In this document: piece after piece, positions 29,349 through 37,774 of the stretch | How positions within the stretch are numbered: position 1 is the first letter of the stretch | Layout of the letters: the number at the start of each line of letters is the position of its first letter | Assembly (NCBI GenBank): GCA_964658135.1 | Contig: CAZZXZ010000003.1 | Location: 5,914 to 69,913, forward strand | Origin: an uncultured Acetobacteraceae bacterium | GTDB lineage: Bacteria > Pseudomonadota > Gammaproteobacteria > Steroidobacterales > Steroidobacteraceae | Direction of reading: 5' to 3' | Length of the DNA stretch: 64,000 bases | Notes under the pieces: model-generated | The model's database searches: none | The model's input: the letters and a program-made list of their open reading frames with translations, nothing else | Told to the model about the DNA's origin: nothing | Translations under genes and position numbers: made by a program

Positions 29349-30744
29349 GACGCAATGCCTCCACCACCTGCAGATGCGCGGCACGGCCGGCGGGCCACCA
29401 TGCCGACAGCACCGCTACCAGTATCAGCGCAATCGAGGTGCCGACCAGCAAGGACGTCTCACCCCACACCCGCAAATGCAGCGGAATCGGATTGATCCGG
29501 CCCGGCGGAGTCCAGGTCGCGCCACTGTGATTGATGAGGGTCGCCAGGCCCAGAGCGGCAAGCACGCCCGCCAGCGCACCCAGCACACCCAGCAGCAACC
29601 CCTCGGCCATGAATAACGCACGGATTCCCGAACGGCGTAAGCCGATGGCTCGCAGCGTGCCGATTTCCACCGTGCGCTCCACCACCGCAGCGTTCATGGT
29701 ATTGCCCACGGTGAACAAGACGATGGCGCCGATCAACAACGCAATGAAACCGAAAATGGCATTGAACAATCCGATGGTCTGCCCATAGGAGGGATTCAGC
29801 GTGCGAAAATCGTACACCGCCAACGGGCGATCCCGCAGGCTGTGCGACAACAGGTACTCGAGCCGGGCCGCGGCAAGCGGGATCTGAGCCGTGTGATGGA
29901 GTTGCATGACGATGGCGGTCACCTCGGGCGCGGCCTTGCCGTACAGCAAGCGCTGTGCCTGGGACAAATGCAGTCCCACGTAGACATCGTCGTATTGTTT
30001 GACGCCCTGCGGCTCGGCTTTGATGACTTTGAGTCGCGCCACGTTGGGCGCACCGTTGGTGGTCGCGGCCAGCAGCTCGAGTTCGGGCGCGGCGTCGCGG
30101 CCCTGCGCGGCGCCGGCCGGCGGCGGTACGTCGGCCGCGGCCAATGCACCGACATCGCTTGGCAGCTCGGCACCCGTGGCGGGCGCCTTGGGCTGCGGCG
30201 CCGGACAGTCGGCCACCCGCAGCGCTCGGCACAATTGCAGCACGCGGGCGACGCCGGTGCCGATGACCGTCGACTCCGCGCTGCTGCCCGTCAACACCAA
30301 CCGCTCCGGCTTGTCCGGAAAACCGTAGTCGTTCCACGTGCGCATGGCGTTCTGATCCGCCACCACCACGCCGCTGGCCATGACGGTGCGCGAGGCACCT
30401 GCCGCAAAGTTACCGGCAATGCCGCCGAACTCCAGCGTCGGCGTAATCACCGTCACCAAGGGCGCCAGCACCGGATCGTCTTTGAGCATCGCGATGATAT
30501 GGGCGTAGTCGGCGATCCCATAGGCGGTCGGATCGCCGCTGCCGTAAAGAAGGTAGTCACGATTCTGCAGCTGCAGGTGCCCATCCCCGCGTACGTAGCC
30601 GTTTTGCAGGCCATACACGATGTTCTGCACGTAGCCGCCGAACAATAACGTGCAGACTGCGCCGAGCATCATGGCGAACAAGGTCGCAAGCGACCGGCGG
30701 CGGTTACGCATCAGGTTACGCAGGGCTAGACCCCAGGTAGTCAT
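29341..30744 (-). CDS. FtsX/MacB-type ABC transporter permease
   Basis: TM1, then a large periplasmic domain of about 250 aa with a Pro/Ala-rich linker, then three C-terminal TMs carrying the FtsX signature (ERTVEIGTLRAIGLRRSGI). The ATG overlaps the ATPase stop (ATGA). Confidence 0.85.
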   Translation of the reverse strand: MTTWGLALRNLMRNRRRSLATLFAMMLGAVCTLLFGGYVQNIVYGLQNGYVRGDGHLQLQNRDYLLYGSGDPTAYGIADYAHIIAMLKDDPVLAPLVTVITPTLEFGGIAGNFAAGASRTVMASGVVVADQNAMRTWNDYGFPDKPERLVLTGSSAESTVIGTGVARVLQLCRALRVADCPAPQPKAPATGAELPSDVGALAAADVPPPAGAAQGRDAAPELELLAATTNGAPNVARLKVIKAEPQGVKQYDDVYVGLHLSQAQRLLYGKAAPEVTAIVMQLHHTAQIPLAAARLEYLLSHSLRDRPLAVYDFRTLNPSYGQTIGLFNAIFGFIALLIGAIVLFTVGNTMNAAVVERTVEIGTLRAIGLRRSGIRALFMAEGLLLGVLGALAGVLAALGLATLINHSGATWTPPGRINPIPLHLRVWGETSLLVGTSIALILVAVLSAWWPAGRAAHLQVVEALRHV

Positions 30745-31445
30745 CGTGATTCTCCCGCGTCGGTCTTGCGCTGCACCGAGACGATGCGACCGTCGCGTAG
30801 GAACGCCGCGTCGTCGGCGGCGGCCAGCACCTTCGGATCGTGGGACGAGAACACGAACGACACGTGGAATTCGCGCTGCATGTTGCGCATCAACTCGATG
30901 ATGGCGGCGCCCGTCTGACTATCCAGGTTGGCGGTGGGCTCATCGGCCAACACCAATTGCGGCGCGGTGGCGAGAGCTCGCGCAACGGCGACTCGCTGCC
31001 GCTGCCCGCCCGACAGCTGGCCGGGACGATGCCGAGCATGCTGCGAGAGACCCACCGCCTCGAGCAGTTCCTCGACACGGCGTCGGCGCGCGGCCGCGGG
31101 AGTGCGCGTCAGGACCAAGGGATATTCGATATTTTCGTAGGCCGTCAACACCGGCATCAGATTGAAGTTTTGGAATATGAAGCCGATGTGCCGAAGACGG
31201 AAATCGGTACGCTCGTTGTCGCTGAGCGCGGCCACCGATCGACCGTTCAAGACGATGTCGCCCGCATCCGGCTCGTCGATGCAGCCGATCAAGTTCAGCA
31301 GCGTCGTCTTGCCGCTCCCGGATGCGCCCGACAGCACCGTGAAACACTGCGCGCGAATCTCCAGCGTGACATCGATCAGCGCCGGCACGTCGACCCGGTC
31401 GAGGCGGTAGGTTTTCGACACCCGGGTAATGGTCGCCACATTCAT
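30741..31445 (-). CDS. ABC transporter ATP-binding protein (LolD/MacB class)
   Basis: Walker [10 protein letters not shown], signature LSGGQRQR, Walker B LVLADEPT. Confidence 0.92.
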   Translation of the reverse strand: MNVATITRVSKTYRLDRVDVPALIDVTLEIRAQCFTVLSGASGSGKTTLLNLIGCIDEPDAGDIVLNGRSVAALSDNERTDFRLRHIGFIFQNFNLMPVLTAYENIEYPLVLTRTPAAARRRRVEELLEAVGLSQHARHRPGQLSGGQRQRVAVARALATAPQLVLADEPTANLDSQTGAAIIELMRNMQREFHVSFVFSSHDPKVLAAADDAAFLRDGRIVSVQRKTDAGESR

Positions 31446-31550
31446 GAAGAGTCCTCATCGGTACCAACCTGAGGGTACTCTAGAGGCGATCGCACGCACG
31501 CGCTCGGACATGCGACGAAAGGTCGTGGGGCCGGATGAAGCGTATTGGTA

Positions 31551-33542
31551 CTAGACCCGCATTCCTTCCGCATGACCCTCGGCGGTTGCTGCGAGCAAGG
31601 TGCGCGGCGCCCGGCAGTCGCCGATCTCTGCGCACGACAAGCCCGCCGCGAGCAGAGGAGCCCGCAATTCAGAGCGCGGTGCCCGCGGTGTCGAGTAGAC
31701 GGCCAGCGCAACCTCGTCGATCGTGCCGACTTGGCCCGTGTGCACGTTGCGGCAAGCGACGCGGGCGTTCTCCAAATCGCTGTGTGCCGAGATTTCGCAA
31801 AGCGGGATGATGTCGATGCCTTGCTGGGCGAGACGCCGCGAGATGCCGAGCCCGGTGACCAGGGGAACATCGGCGGCGATCCGATCGCGCGGCGTCACGA
31901 TGACCGTGCGATCGTACAGCCGGTGGAGGAGCTCGGCGAGGGCGTAGGTCCCCTCGGTATGGTCCATATCGAAGAGCACCGCCGTACCGCTCTGCCGCCG
32001 GGTCAAACCCGACAATTCCCGGGTCGCGGTACGCGCATCGAGCAACAATCCCTCTTCTCGCCACTGTTCCGGCAAGCCGTACGGCCAGATCATCGTCGCA
32101 CCGCCGGCCAGTATCGCGTGATGAGGATTCGTTGCCAGGACCTCGTCGGGACCGGCGCGAACTCCGAGCTCGACGATGACGCCGTAGCGACGCGCCTGGG
32201 TCCACTGAAAGTCGTACACGCTGGAGAGCGAGTCGCCGCCGGGCAACAGCGAATGCAGCCGCGTGCTGCCGCCCACCTCGCCGTTGGCGCCGAACAACGT
32301 CACATGGTGCCCGCGTGCCGCCGCGGTCCAGGCGGCCTCCAAACCCGCCACGCCGGCCCCCACCACGACGATTCGCCGGGCGCGCCCGACGTGCCTGGGT
32401 TGCCAGTCCACCTCATCCGCCTGGGCGACTCGGGGATTGTTATCGCAAGCGAGCGGCGCGCCGTCGGCAATCTGTCCCCAGCAGGTATTGCAGGAGACGC
32501 AATAGCGGATGTCGCTCTCCCGGCCCGTGGCCGCCTTGATCGGCCATGCCGGATCGGTCACCAAGGATCGGCCCAGGCCGATCAGTTCGGCTTCGCCACG
32601 CCCGACGATGCCATCGGCCTCGGCGGGATCGGTGATGAGGCCCAATGCCATGACGGGCACGCCGTGGGCATGCGGACGCAGCTGCTGTATCAGAGGCATC
32701 CACGCGCCGCGCGGCCAGTGGCGGTCCGGCACATGCCAGTCCAGAGTGCGTGAATGCGCTCCCTGGCAGAACGTCACGTAGTCGACCTCATTGCCACGAG
32801 TCAGCAGCGCGGTCGATTCAGCCGCCTGGGCAGCATCGATCCCATCCTGCATCCCGTCATCACCCGGAATCTTGATACCGATCAAAAATCGGTTGCTGCA
32901 GGCCGAGCGGATGGCGGCCACGGTTTCGGTCAGAAAACGCATGCGCCCCGCCAGATCGCCGCCGAATTCGTCGTCGCGTCGATTGGAGCGAGACGCCATG
33001 AATTGGTGGAACAAATGGCCGTGTCCCGCGGACAGTTCCACCCCCGAAAATCCGCAGCGCTCGAGGCGCGCCGACGATTGCCCGAAATCGTCGATCATGC
33101 GCAGAATTTCGTCACGCGTCAGGGCGCGTGGTACCGTCCACGACAAGTCATCGGGCAACGCCGAAACGCCGATCGCATCGGGATTTCTGCCACGCTCGTG
33201 CCGGCCCCGCCCAGAATCTTGAATTTGGCCGAGCAGACGGCAGTCATGAGCCTCCACGGCGGCCGACCACCGCTGCAGCCAGCCGACATGATCGTCATTC
33301 CAGACACGGACGTAATGGCCCCGCGTTTGTATACGCGCCGTATTGAGCGGTTCGCTGATGACCATGGCGGCACCTCCCTGCGCGCGGTTGGCGTAATACT
33401 GAATCATCTCGGCGGTCGGGGTCTGATCGAACACCCGGCGCGTCGTCATGGCGGTGTGCACGATTCGATTGCGTAACTGCAGCCGACCGCTACGCCACGG
33501 CGACAGCAGAGCCGGATACAGCGCGGTCGGCAGGGCGCTCAT
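31551..33542 (-). CDS. FMN/FAD/[4Fe-4S] oxidoreductase of the 2,4-dienoyl-CoA reductase / trimethylamine-dehydrogenase family
   Basis: OYE-like N-domain (GFSGVELSAGHGHLFHQF). Cys cluster CVSCNTCWGQIADGAPLAC. C-terminal dinucleotide fold VVVGAGVAGLEAA. ATG 33542 overlaps the MFS stop (ATGA). Confidence 0.82.
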   Translation of the reverse strand: MSALPTALYPALLSPWRSGRLQLRNRIVHTAMTTRRVFDQTPTAEMIQYYANRAQGGAAMVISEPLNTARIQTRGHYVRVWNDDHVGWLQRWSAAVEAHDCRLLGQIQDSGRGRHERGRNPDAIGVSALPDDLSWTVPRALTRDEILRMIDDFGQSSARLERCGFSGVELSAGHGHLFHQFMASRSNRRDDEFGGDLAGRMRFLTETVAAIRSACSNRFLIGIKIPGDDGMQDGIDAAQAAESTALLTRGNEVDYVTFCQGAHSRTLDWHVPDRHWPRGAWMPLIQQLRPHAHGVPVMALGLITDPAEADGIVGRGEAELIGLGRSLVTDPAWPIKAATGRESDIRYCVSCNTCWGQIADGAPLACDNNPRVAQADEVDWQPRHVGRARRIVVVGAGVAGLEAAWTAAARGHHVTLFGANGEVGGSTRLHSLLPGGDSLSSVYDFQWTQARRYGVIVELGVRAGPDEVLATNPHHAILAGGATMIWPYGLPEQWREEGLLLDARTATRELSGLTRRQSGTAVLFDMDHTEGTYALAELLHRLYDRTVIVTPRDRIAADVPLVTGLGISRRLAQQGIDIIPLCEISAHSDLENARVACRNVHTGQVGTIDEVALAVYSTPRAPRSELRAPLLAAGLSCAEIGDCRAPRTLLAATAEGHAEGMRV

Positions 33543-34726
33543 CGATTCGCGGCGGGCCGCAGCAACGTCGCCATCAGTAGTCCGGCCATCACGACGGCCG
33601 GGACGATGACCAGCGAGAAGCTGTCGCGCCACCCGACGTGCGCGACCGTGAGCGCCGTCAGCAGCGGGAAGATGACGAATCCCAAACTGATGCTCGCCGT
33701 GCCGGCAAGGGCCGCCGCCGCTGCACGCAACGGCTCAGGATAGCGCTCGAGTAGTGCCGTCAGCATGATGGAACTCGCGCCGTAGAAAAAAATTGTCGTG
33801 ATGCTGAACGCAAACGTATCTTGCCGCACCGAATGCGGCAGCCAAATCGTGCCGAGTAGCGCGGCGGCCGCGACCAGCAGCCACAGCACCACCGTTGCCA
33901 TCCGGCCGAGCAAAAATTCGCTGACCAGTGCGGCGCCCACGTAGCCGATCATGCCCACCGCGTACGACAGTCCCACAATTTGCGTGGCGGTGGCCGCATC
34001 GTAACCACGAGTCTGCTGGAAGAAAGTAGGCAGATAGAAGCTGGTGCCACCGACCGCCCCTCCATAGAGCACGAACGCCGCGGCGAACGTCAGGGTCGCA
34101 CGCAAGTAGTCGGGGCCGAGCAGTGTCTTGACCGGCGAACGCGGGACGCCCGCAGCCGGCACACCGGTCGGGGCGACCTTAACGGTTCTCGGCAAACCCC
34201 AGTAGATCAAGATACTGAGGGGAACCACCGCGAACGCGACCAGGAACGTAGCTCGCCAACCGTAGGTGCGCATGAGCGGTACGGCGATCAGGGACGCGGT
34301 AAACCAACCGAGCGGATAACCGCATTGTTGCAACGCGATCAGGAGGGCCCGTCCGCGCACGGGGCAATTCGAGGCGAGGTGGGCACCGGCAACGGGGATG
34401 ATGACGGCACTCAAGCCGAAACCGAGCACGCGCGCCACGCTGAACAGCAACGCCGTGGGAGCCAGCGCCTGCAAGCCGACGAACACCGCAGATCCAGCCA
34501 CGGCCATGGCTAGCAGCGCCGGTGCGCCCACTCGCGGCACGAGCGACGCAAGGGCCGGAACCGCCACGATGGCGAACGCAAAGGAGGCCGAGATCATTAG
34601 GCCGACGGCGCTCAGACCGATGTGCAGGTCGCTCATCACCCCGGGGACTGCATAGCCGAACATGGACTGATCCATGTTCGACAGCGTCGAAGCAATCAAG
34701 GTCACCACCAAGATTCGCCAGGGCAT
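33539..34726 (-). CDS. MFS transporter
   Basis: From ATG 34726, about 12 predicted TM helices. There is an MFS loop motif-like GRALLIAL... The upstream 560-aa ORF extension is Arg-rich and is rejected. Confidence 0.8.
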   Translation of the reverse strand: MPWRILVVTLIASTLSNMDQSMFGYAVPGVMSDLHIGLSAVGLMISASFAFAIVAVPALASLVPRVGAPALLAMAVAGSAVFVGLQALAPTALLFSVARVLGFGLSAVIIPVAGAHLASNCPVRGRALLIALQQCGYPLGWFTASLIAVPLMRTYGWRATFLVAFAVVPLSILIYWGLPRTVKVAPTGVPAAGVPRSPVKTLLGPDYLRATLTFAAAFVLYGGAVGGTSFYLPTFFQQTRGYDAATATQIVGLSYAVGMIGYVGAALVSEFLLGRMATVVLWLLVAAAALLGTIWLPHSVRQDTFAFSITTIFFYGASSIMLTALLERYPEPLRAAAAALAGTASISLGFVIFPLLTALTVAHVGWRDSFSLVIVPAVVMAGLLMATLLRPAANR

Positions 34727-34734
34727 ATGGGAGC

Positions 34735-35394
34735 TCACGGTTTGGCGGTGCCCAGGAAGCCGGAACTTAGAACGGCGGCATAAATAGCGATGACCCAAAC
34801 GTACGACCGCAGCATATGTCTTTTGAGCACACCTTCCCGCTGCGGCGTGGACCCGGCTGCCACGATCGCGCCGAACGCCACGAATACCGGCGCAAATGAC
34901 AGCTCCAACGCCAGCGCGAACAAGCAGATCGCGCCGTACAGCGCCAGCTTGCCAAGCAACCATCCCGGCATGGGCAGCCGCCCGGTGTAGCCGGCCACCG
35001 CGAGAGCACCGAAGGCGACAACCCCGGCGATCTGGCATGCGATATCGAGCATTTTCCACGGCCTCGCCTTGGGCGTGCCGCCGCACACCATGGCGGTGAC
35101 GACGGCCGTCAACCACACCAGGCTGGCGATCCATACCAGCATCAGCACGCCATGCGGCACGGGCAAAAGTCCTTGCAAGTAAACCAGTTGAAATCCCACC
35201 GGCATCATCAACACGAAGCACACCCGCGGGAACCTATCGATCACCATTCCCAAGCTAATGATCGCACTGCGCTCGGCGACCGAGCGCGCGCTGTCGATGA
35301 AACGCAATCCGGCCAAAAACACACCGATGTCCGTACCGATCCAGAACACCATCAGCAAAATGTGCAGGTACGCCCACCAATGAAGGGAATCCAT
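34735..35394 (-). CDS. Hypothetical integral membrane protein (about 6 TM), family not recognised
   Basis: 219 aa, hydrophobic throughout (MDSLHWWAYLHILLMVFWIGTDIGVFLAG...). Packed 8 nt upstream of the MFS gene. Confidence 0.6.
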   Translation of the reverse strand: MDSLHWWAYLHILLMVFWIGTDIGVFLAGLRFIDSARSVAERSAIISLGMVIDRFPRVCFVLMMPVGFQLVYLQGLLPVPHGVLMLVWIASLVWLTAVVTAMVCGGTPKARPWKMLDIACQIAGVVAFGALAVAGYTGRLPMPGWLLGKLALYGAICLFALALELSFAPVFVAFGAIVAAGSTPQREGVLKRHMLRSYVWVIAIYAAVLSSGFLGTAKP

Positions 35395-35403
35395 GCGCGC
35401 GTC

Positions 35404-35682
35404 CTACGGTAGATTGCGGGATCGCGTGGGTCGCTGCTCGGAGTTCACCGAACGCATCAGATTGTCGATCGCCGTGACTCGCATGGCGGCAAGCGCGGCC
35501 TTCTCCGACTCGTTGGGCTGGTAGCTCTCGATCGCCGCGGTCAACCGCAAACCCAGCGATTCGGCCGCCCGCTCCATGATAAACAGCCGTTCGCGGAGCA
35601 CGCTTTGCTCGGCCGCAAGTTCGAGCACCATGGTGACCAGGTGGTCGACGGCGTCGGATTCGAAGAATGCCTGGCGTTTCAT
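35404..35682 (-). CDS. Hypothetical small helical protein (92 aa)
   Basis: ATG 35682 lies 4 nt after the methyltransferase stop. MKRQAFFESDAVDHLVTMVLELAAEQSVLRERL... is predicted helical. I recognise no family. Confidence 0.5.
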   Translation of the reverse strand: MKRQAFFESDAVDHLVTMVLELAAEQSVLRERLFIMERAAESLGLRLTAAIESYQPNESEKAALAAMRVTAIDNLMRSVNSEQRPTRSRNLP

Positions 35683-35686
35683 CGGA

Positions 35687-36865
35687 TCAGCGTTTCCACG
35701 CACCGAACCCGAACCACTGCAGACTGGCGCTCAAGCGGCCCGTGTCGCCGTCGATGCGTTGCGGCGATCGAATGGCCTCGACAAATGCCGGCTCGGGAAC
35801 ATAGGAATATTGCGGAACGACGCATTGAAAATGATCGGCGGGTGCGAAGCCGCCCTGCGTCAACAACTCCTCGGGTTTCTGATCCCGGAAGGCACGATAG
35901 TAAGGCTCCATATTGTAATAAGAGTCCCAGTCGAGATAGAACTGATCGTAGGGATTCAATGCACCGTTTGGCGGTAACTCCATGTTGATGAGCATTCCAC
36001 CGGGCCGCAGCACCCGATACGCCTCTTTGATGAAACGTTTGATGTCCCGCACCGACAGTTCGTGGAGAAACATCGAGGTGAAGACGACGTCGAACGAGGC
36101 GTCTGCATACTTGAGCGCGGTCGCATCCATCTGTTTGAAATGGACCGGCAGCCCGAGACTTTCCGCCCGACCATGGCCGTAGGTGACGGCCGACGCGGAG
36201 ACGTCGATGGCATGCACGTTCGCCTGTGGAAAGGTTTTGGCCCAAGCCGCCGAGTTGTGCCCCACCGTCGCGCCGCAGTCCAAAATATCCTTGGGATGGA
36301 AATCGGGGTACCGGAACTTCACGAAGTTCGACATGGAGAGGCCGATGTCGTCCAGGTCGGCGCCCATGAAACCGGCGGAGAACACCGCGAGGCCATTGTC
36401 GTAAACCGCTCCCGCCTGCGGCGACGGCGATGACGCGTAGCCGCCGGGCATCAAGTGCACGGGTATGGCGGCGACGTTCTCGGGCATCTCGAGCGTGGGG
36501 TCCAGCTCCAAGCTGCCGCCCGCCGAACCGCTCAATTCGCGAATGGTGCTCTCCAAATGCGGCAGCGCTTCCGCCACGCTCGGGATGACGGATCGCCACA
36601 CCATTTCCTGTGCGTTGCACCGCACGGAACTGTAGAACTTGAAACTCTGATTGGACCGCATGGCTTCGTGGACTTCGTCTTGATTGCCGGGCTCCCGACC
36701 GTGCTCGCGGATGAAGGCGGGCAGCACGGTGTTCTGGTACGACTCGCGCATCCCCGCCGCCATCTCATTGAGAATATAGCTGCGCAGTTGCGAGACAAAA
36801 TCCTGGCGGGCGACAACGTCGCGTCCCACGCTCAGTTTCAATTGATGCTTCAGTTCGAGGGGCAT
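35687..36865 (-). CDS. Class I SAM-dependent methyltransferase with an unassigned N-terminal domain of about 170 aa
   Basis: Motif I ILDCGATVGHNS. Post-I D (AIDVS). Motif II/III ...FDVVFTSMFLHEL...LRPGGML. A strong GGAGG precedes the ATG. Confidence 0.78.
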   Translation of the reverse strand: MPLELKHQLKLSVGRDVVARQDFVSQLRSYILNEMAAGMRESYQNTVLPAFIREHGREPGNQDEVHEAMRSNQSFKFYSSVRCNAQEMVWRSVIPSVAEALPHLESTIRELSGSAGGSLELDPTLEMPENVAAIPVHLMPGGYASSPSPQAGAVYDNGLAVFSAGFMGADLDDIGLSMSNFVKFRYPDFHPKDILDCGATVGHNSAAWAKTFPQANVHAIDVSASAVTYGHGRAESLGLPVHFKQMDATALKYADASFDVVFTSMFLHELSVRDIKRFIKEAYRVLRPGGMLINMELPPNGALNPYDQFYLDWDSYYNMEPYYRAFRDQKPEELLTQGGFAPADHFQCVVPQYSYVPEPAFVEAIRSPQRIDGDTGRLSASLQWFGFGAWKR

Positions 36866-36895
36866 GAAAGAACCTCCGGTGACAGAATTCTAAAC

Positions 36896-37774
36896 TTAAT
36901 GGGGCTCCTCCCCACCTGAGACATTAAGCGATTCCGCAGTGATGTAACCCGCCGACTTCGAACACAGGAACGCGACGGCGTCTGCCGTGTCCGACGCCAA
37001 GCCGACGCGCTGCAGCGGGATCCGCTGCGCCATCGCGCTCAGATAATCTTCGACGGTAACTCCGAGTTTCTCCGCGAAATAGGTGTTCTGCCAGGCGCCT
37101 AGTCCGGTGGTAACGTGGTTCGGACAGACATTGTTGACCGTGATGGCGAACTTACCGAGTTCGATGGCCACCGAACGCACGAGACCGACCAGTGCATGCT
37201 TAGACGCGCAATAAGCGGCCGCAAAAGGAAAGCCTGACTTGGCGGCCTGACTGGCGATGTTGACGATGCGCCCTCCCTCGGGTTGGTTCTTCATGATCCG
37301 GGCAGCGGCCTGGATGCCGTTGAAACAACCGGTTAAATTGACGTCGATGACGTTGCGCCAATCTGTGTCGGACACCTCGAAAATCGGCTTCATGAGGTAA
37401 CCGACGCCCGCGTTGTTGATCCAGATATTCAGCGCGCCGAGTTCCCGCCTGGCGAACTCGGCCAGCGCACCGACGGCTGCCGACAGCCGCACGTCGCACT
37501 CGAACGTCAGCACGCGCACACCGGTGTCGGCGCTGATTTCGCGCGCGAGTTCGCGCATGACGGAGGCCGTCCCCAGCATCCCGTTGGACTCGCCCGCACC
37601 CTCGGCGTTCCCGCCGATATCGGCTAGCACGATGCTCGCGCCGCCCGCCGCGAGGCGACGTGCGATCGCTTCACCGAGACCGCCACGACGGCCTGCGCCG
37701 GTGACCACCGCCACTTGACCGCGGAACTCCACTGGCGTTTCGACGCGCTTAGAATTTGTAGTTGACGCGAGCAT
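36896..37774 (-). CDS. Short-chain dehydrogenase/reductase
   Basis: VAVVTGAGRRGGLGEAIA, NNAG and YCASKHAL motifs. ATG 37774 overlaps the receptor gene end by 26 nt. TTG 37810 is an alternative start. Confidence 0.85.
   Translation of the reverse strand: MLASTTNSKRVETPVEFRGQVAVVTGAGRRGGLGEAIARRLAAGGASIVLADIGGNAEGAGESNGMLGTASVMRELAREISADTGVRVLTFECDVRLSAAVGALAEFARRELGALNIWINNAGVGYLMKPIFEVSDTDWRNVIDVNLTGCFNGIQAAARIMKNQPEGGRIVNIASQAAKSGFPFAAAYCASKHALVGLVRSVAIELGKFAITVNNVCPNHVTTGLGAWQNTYFAEKLGVTVEDYLSAMAQRIPLQRVGLASDTADAVAFLCSKSAGYITAESLNVSGGEEPH

Noticed and set aside
31446-31550. Inverted GGTACCAA / TTGGTAC motifs (about 31462 and 31537) upstream of the ABC operon, considered as LytTR sites
   Set aside because: LytTR regulators usually bind imperfect direct repeats, not a distant inverted pair. 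The match is only 7-8 bp and could easily arise by chance, so I do not call it a feature.
33543-35221. 560-aa reading of the MFS gene ORF, and the 693-aa reading of the oxidoreductase ORF (to 33632)
   Set aside because: The N-terminal extensions are Arg/Gly-rich and would overlap the upstream genes by hundreds of nt. The internal ATGs at 34726 and 33542 give normal N-termini and tidy junctions.
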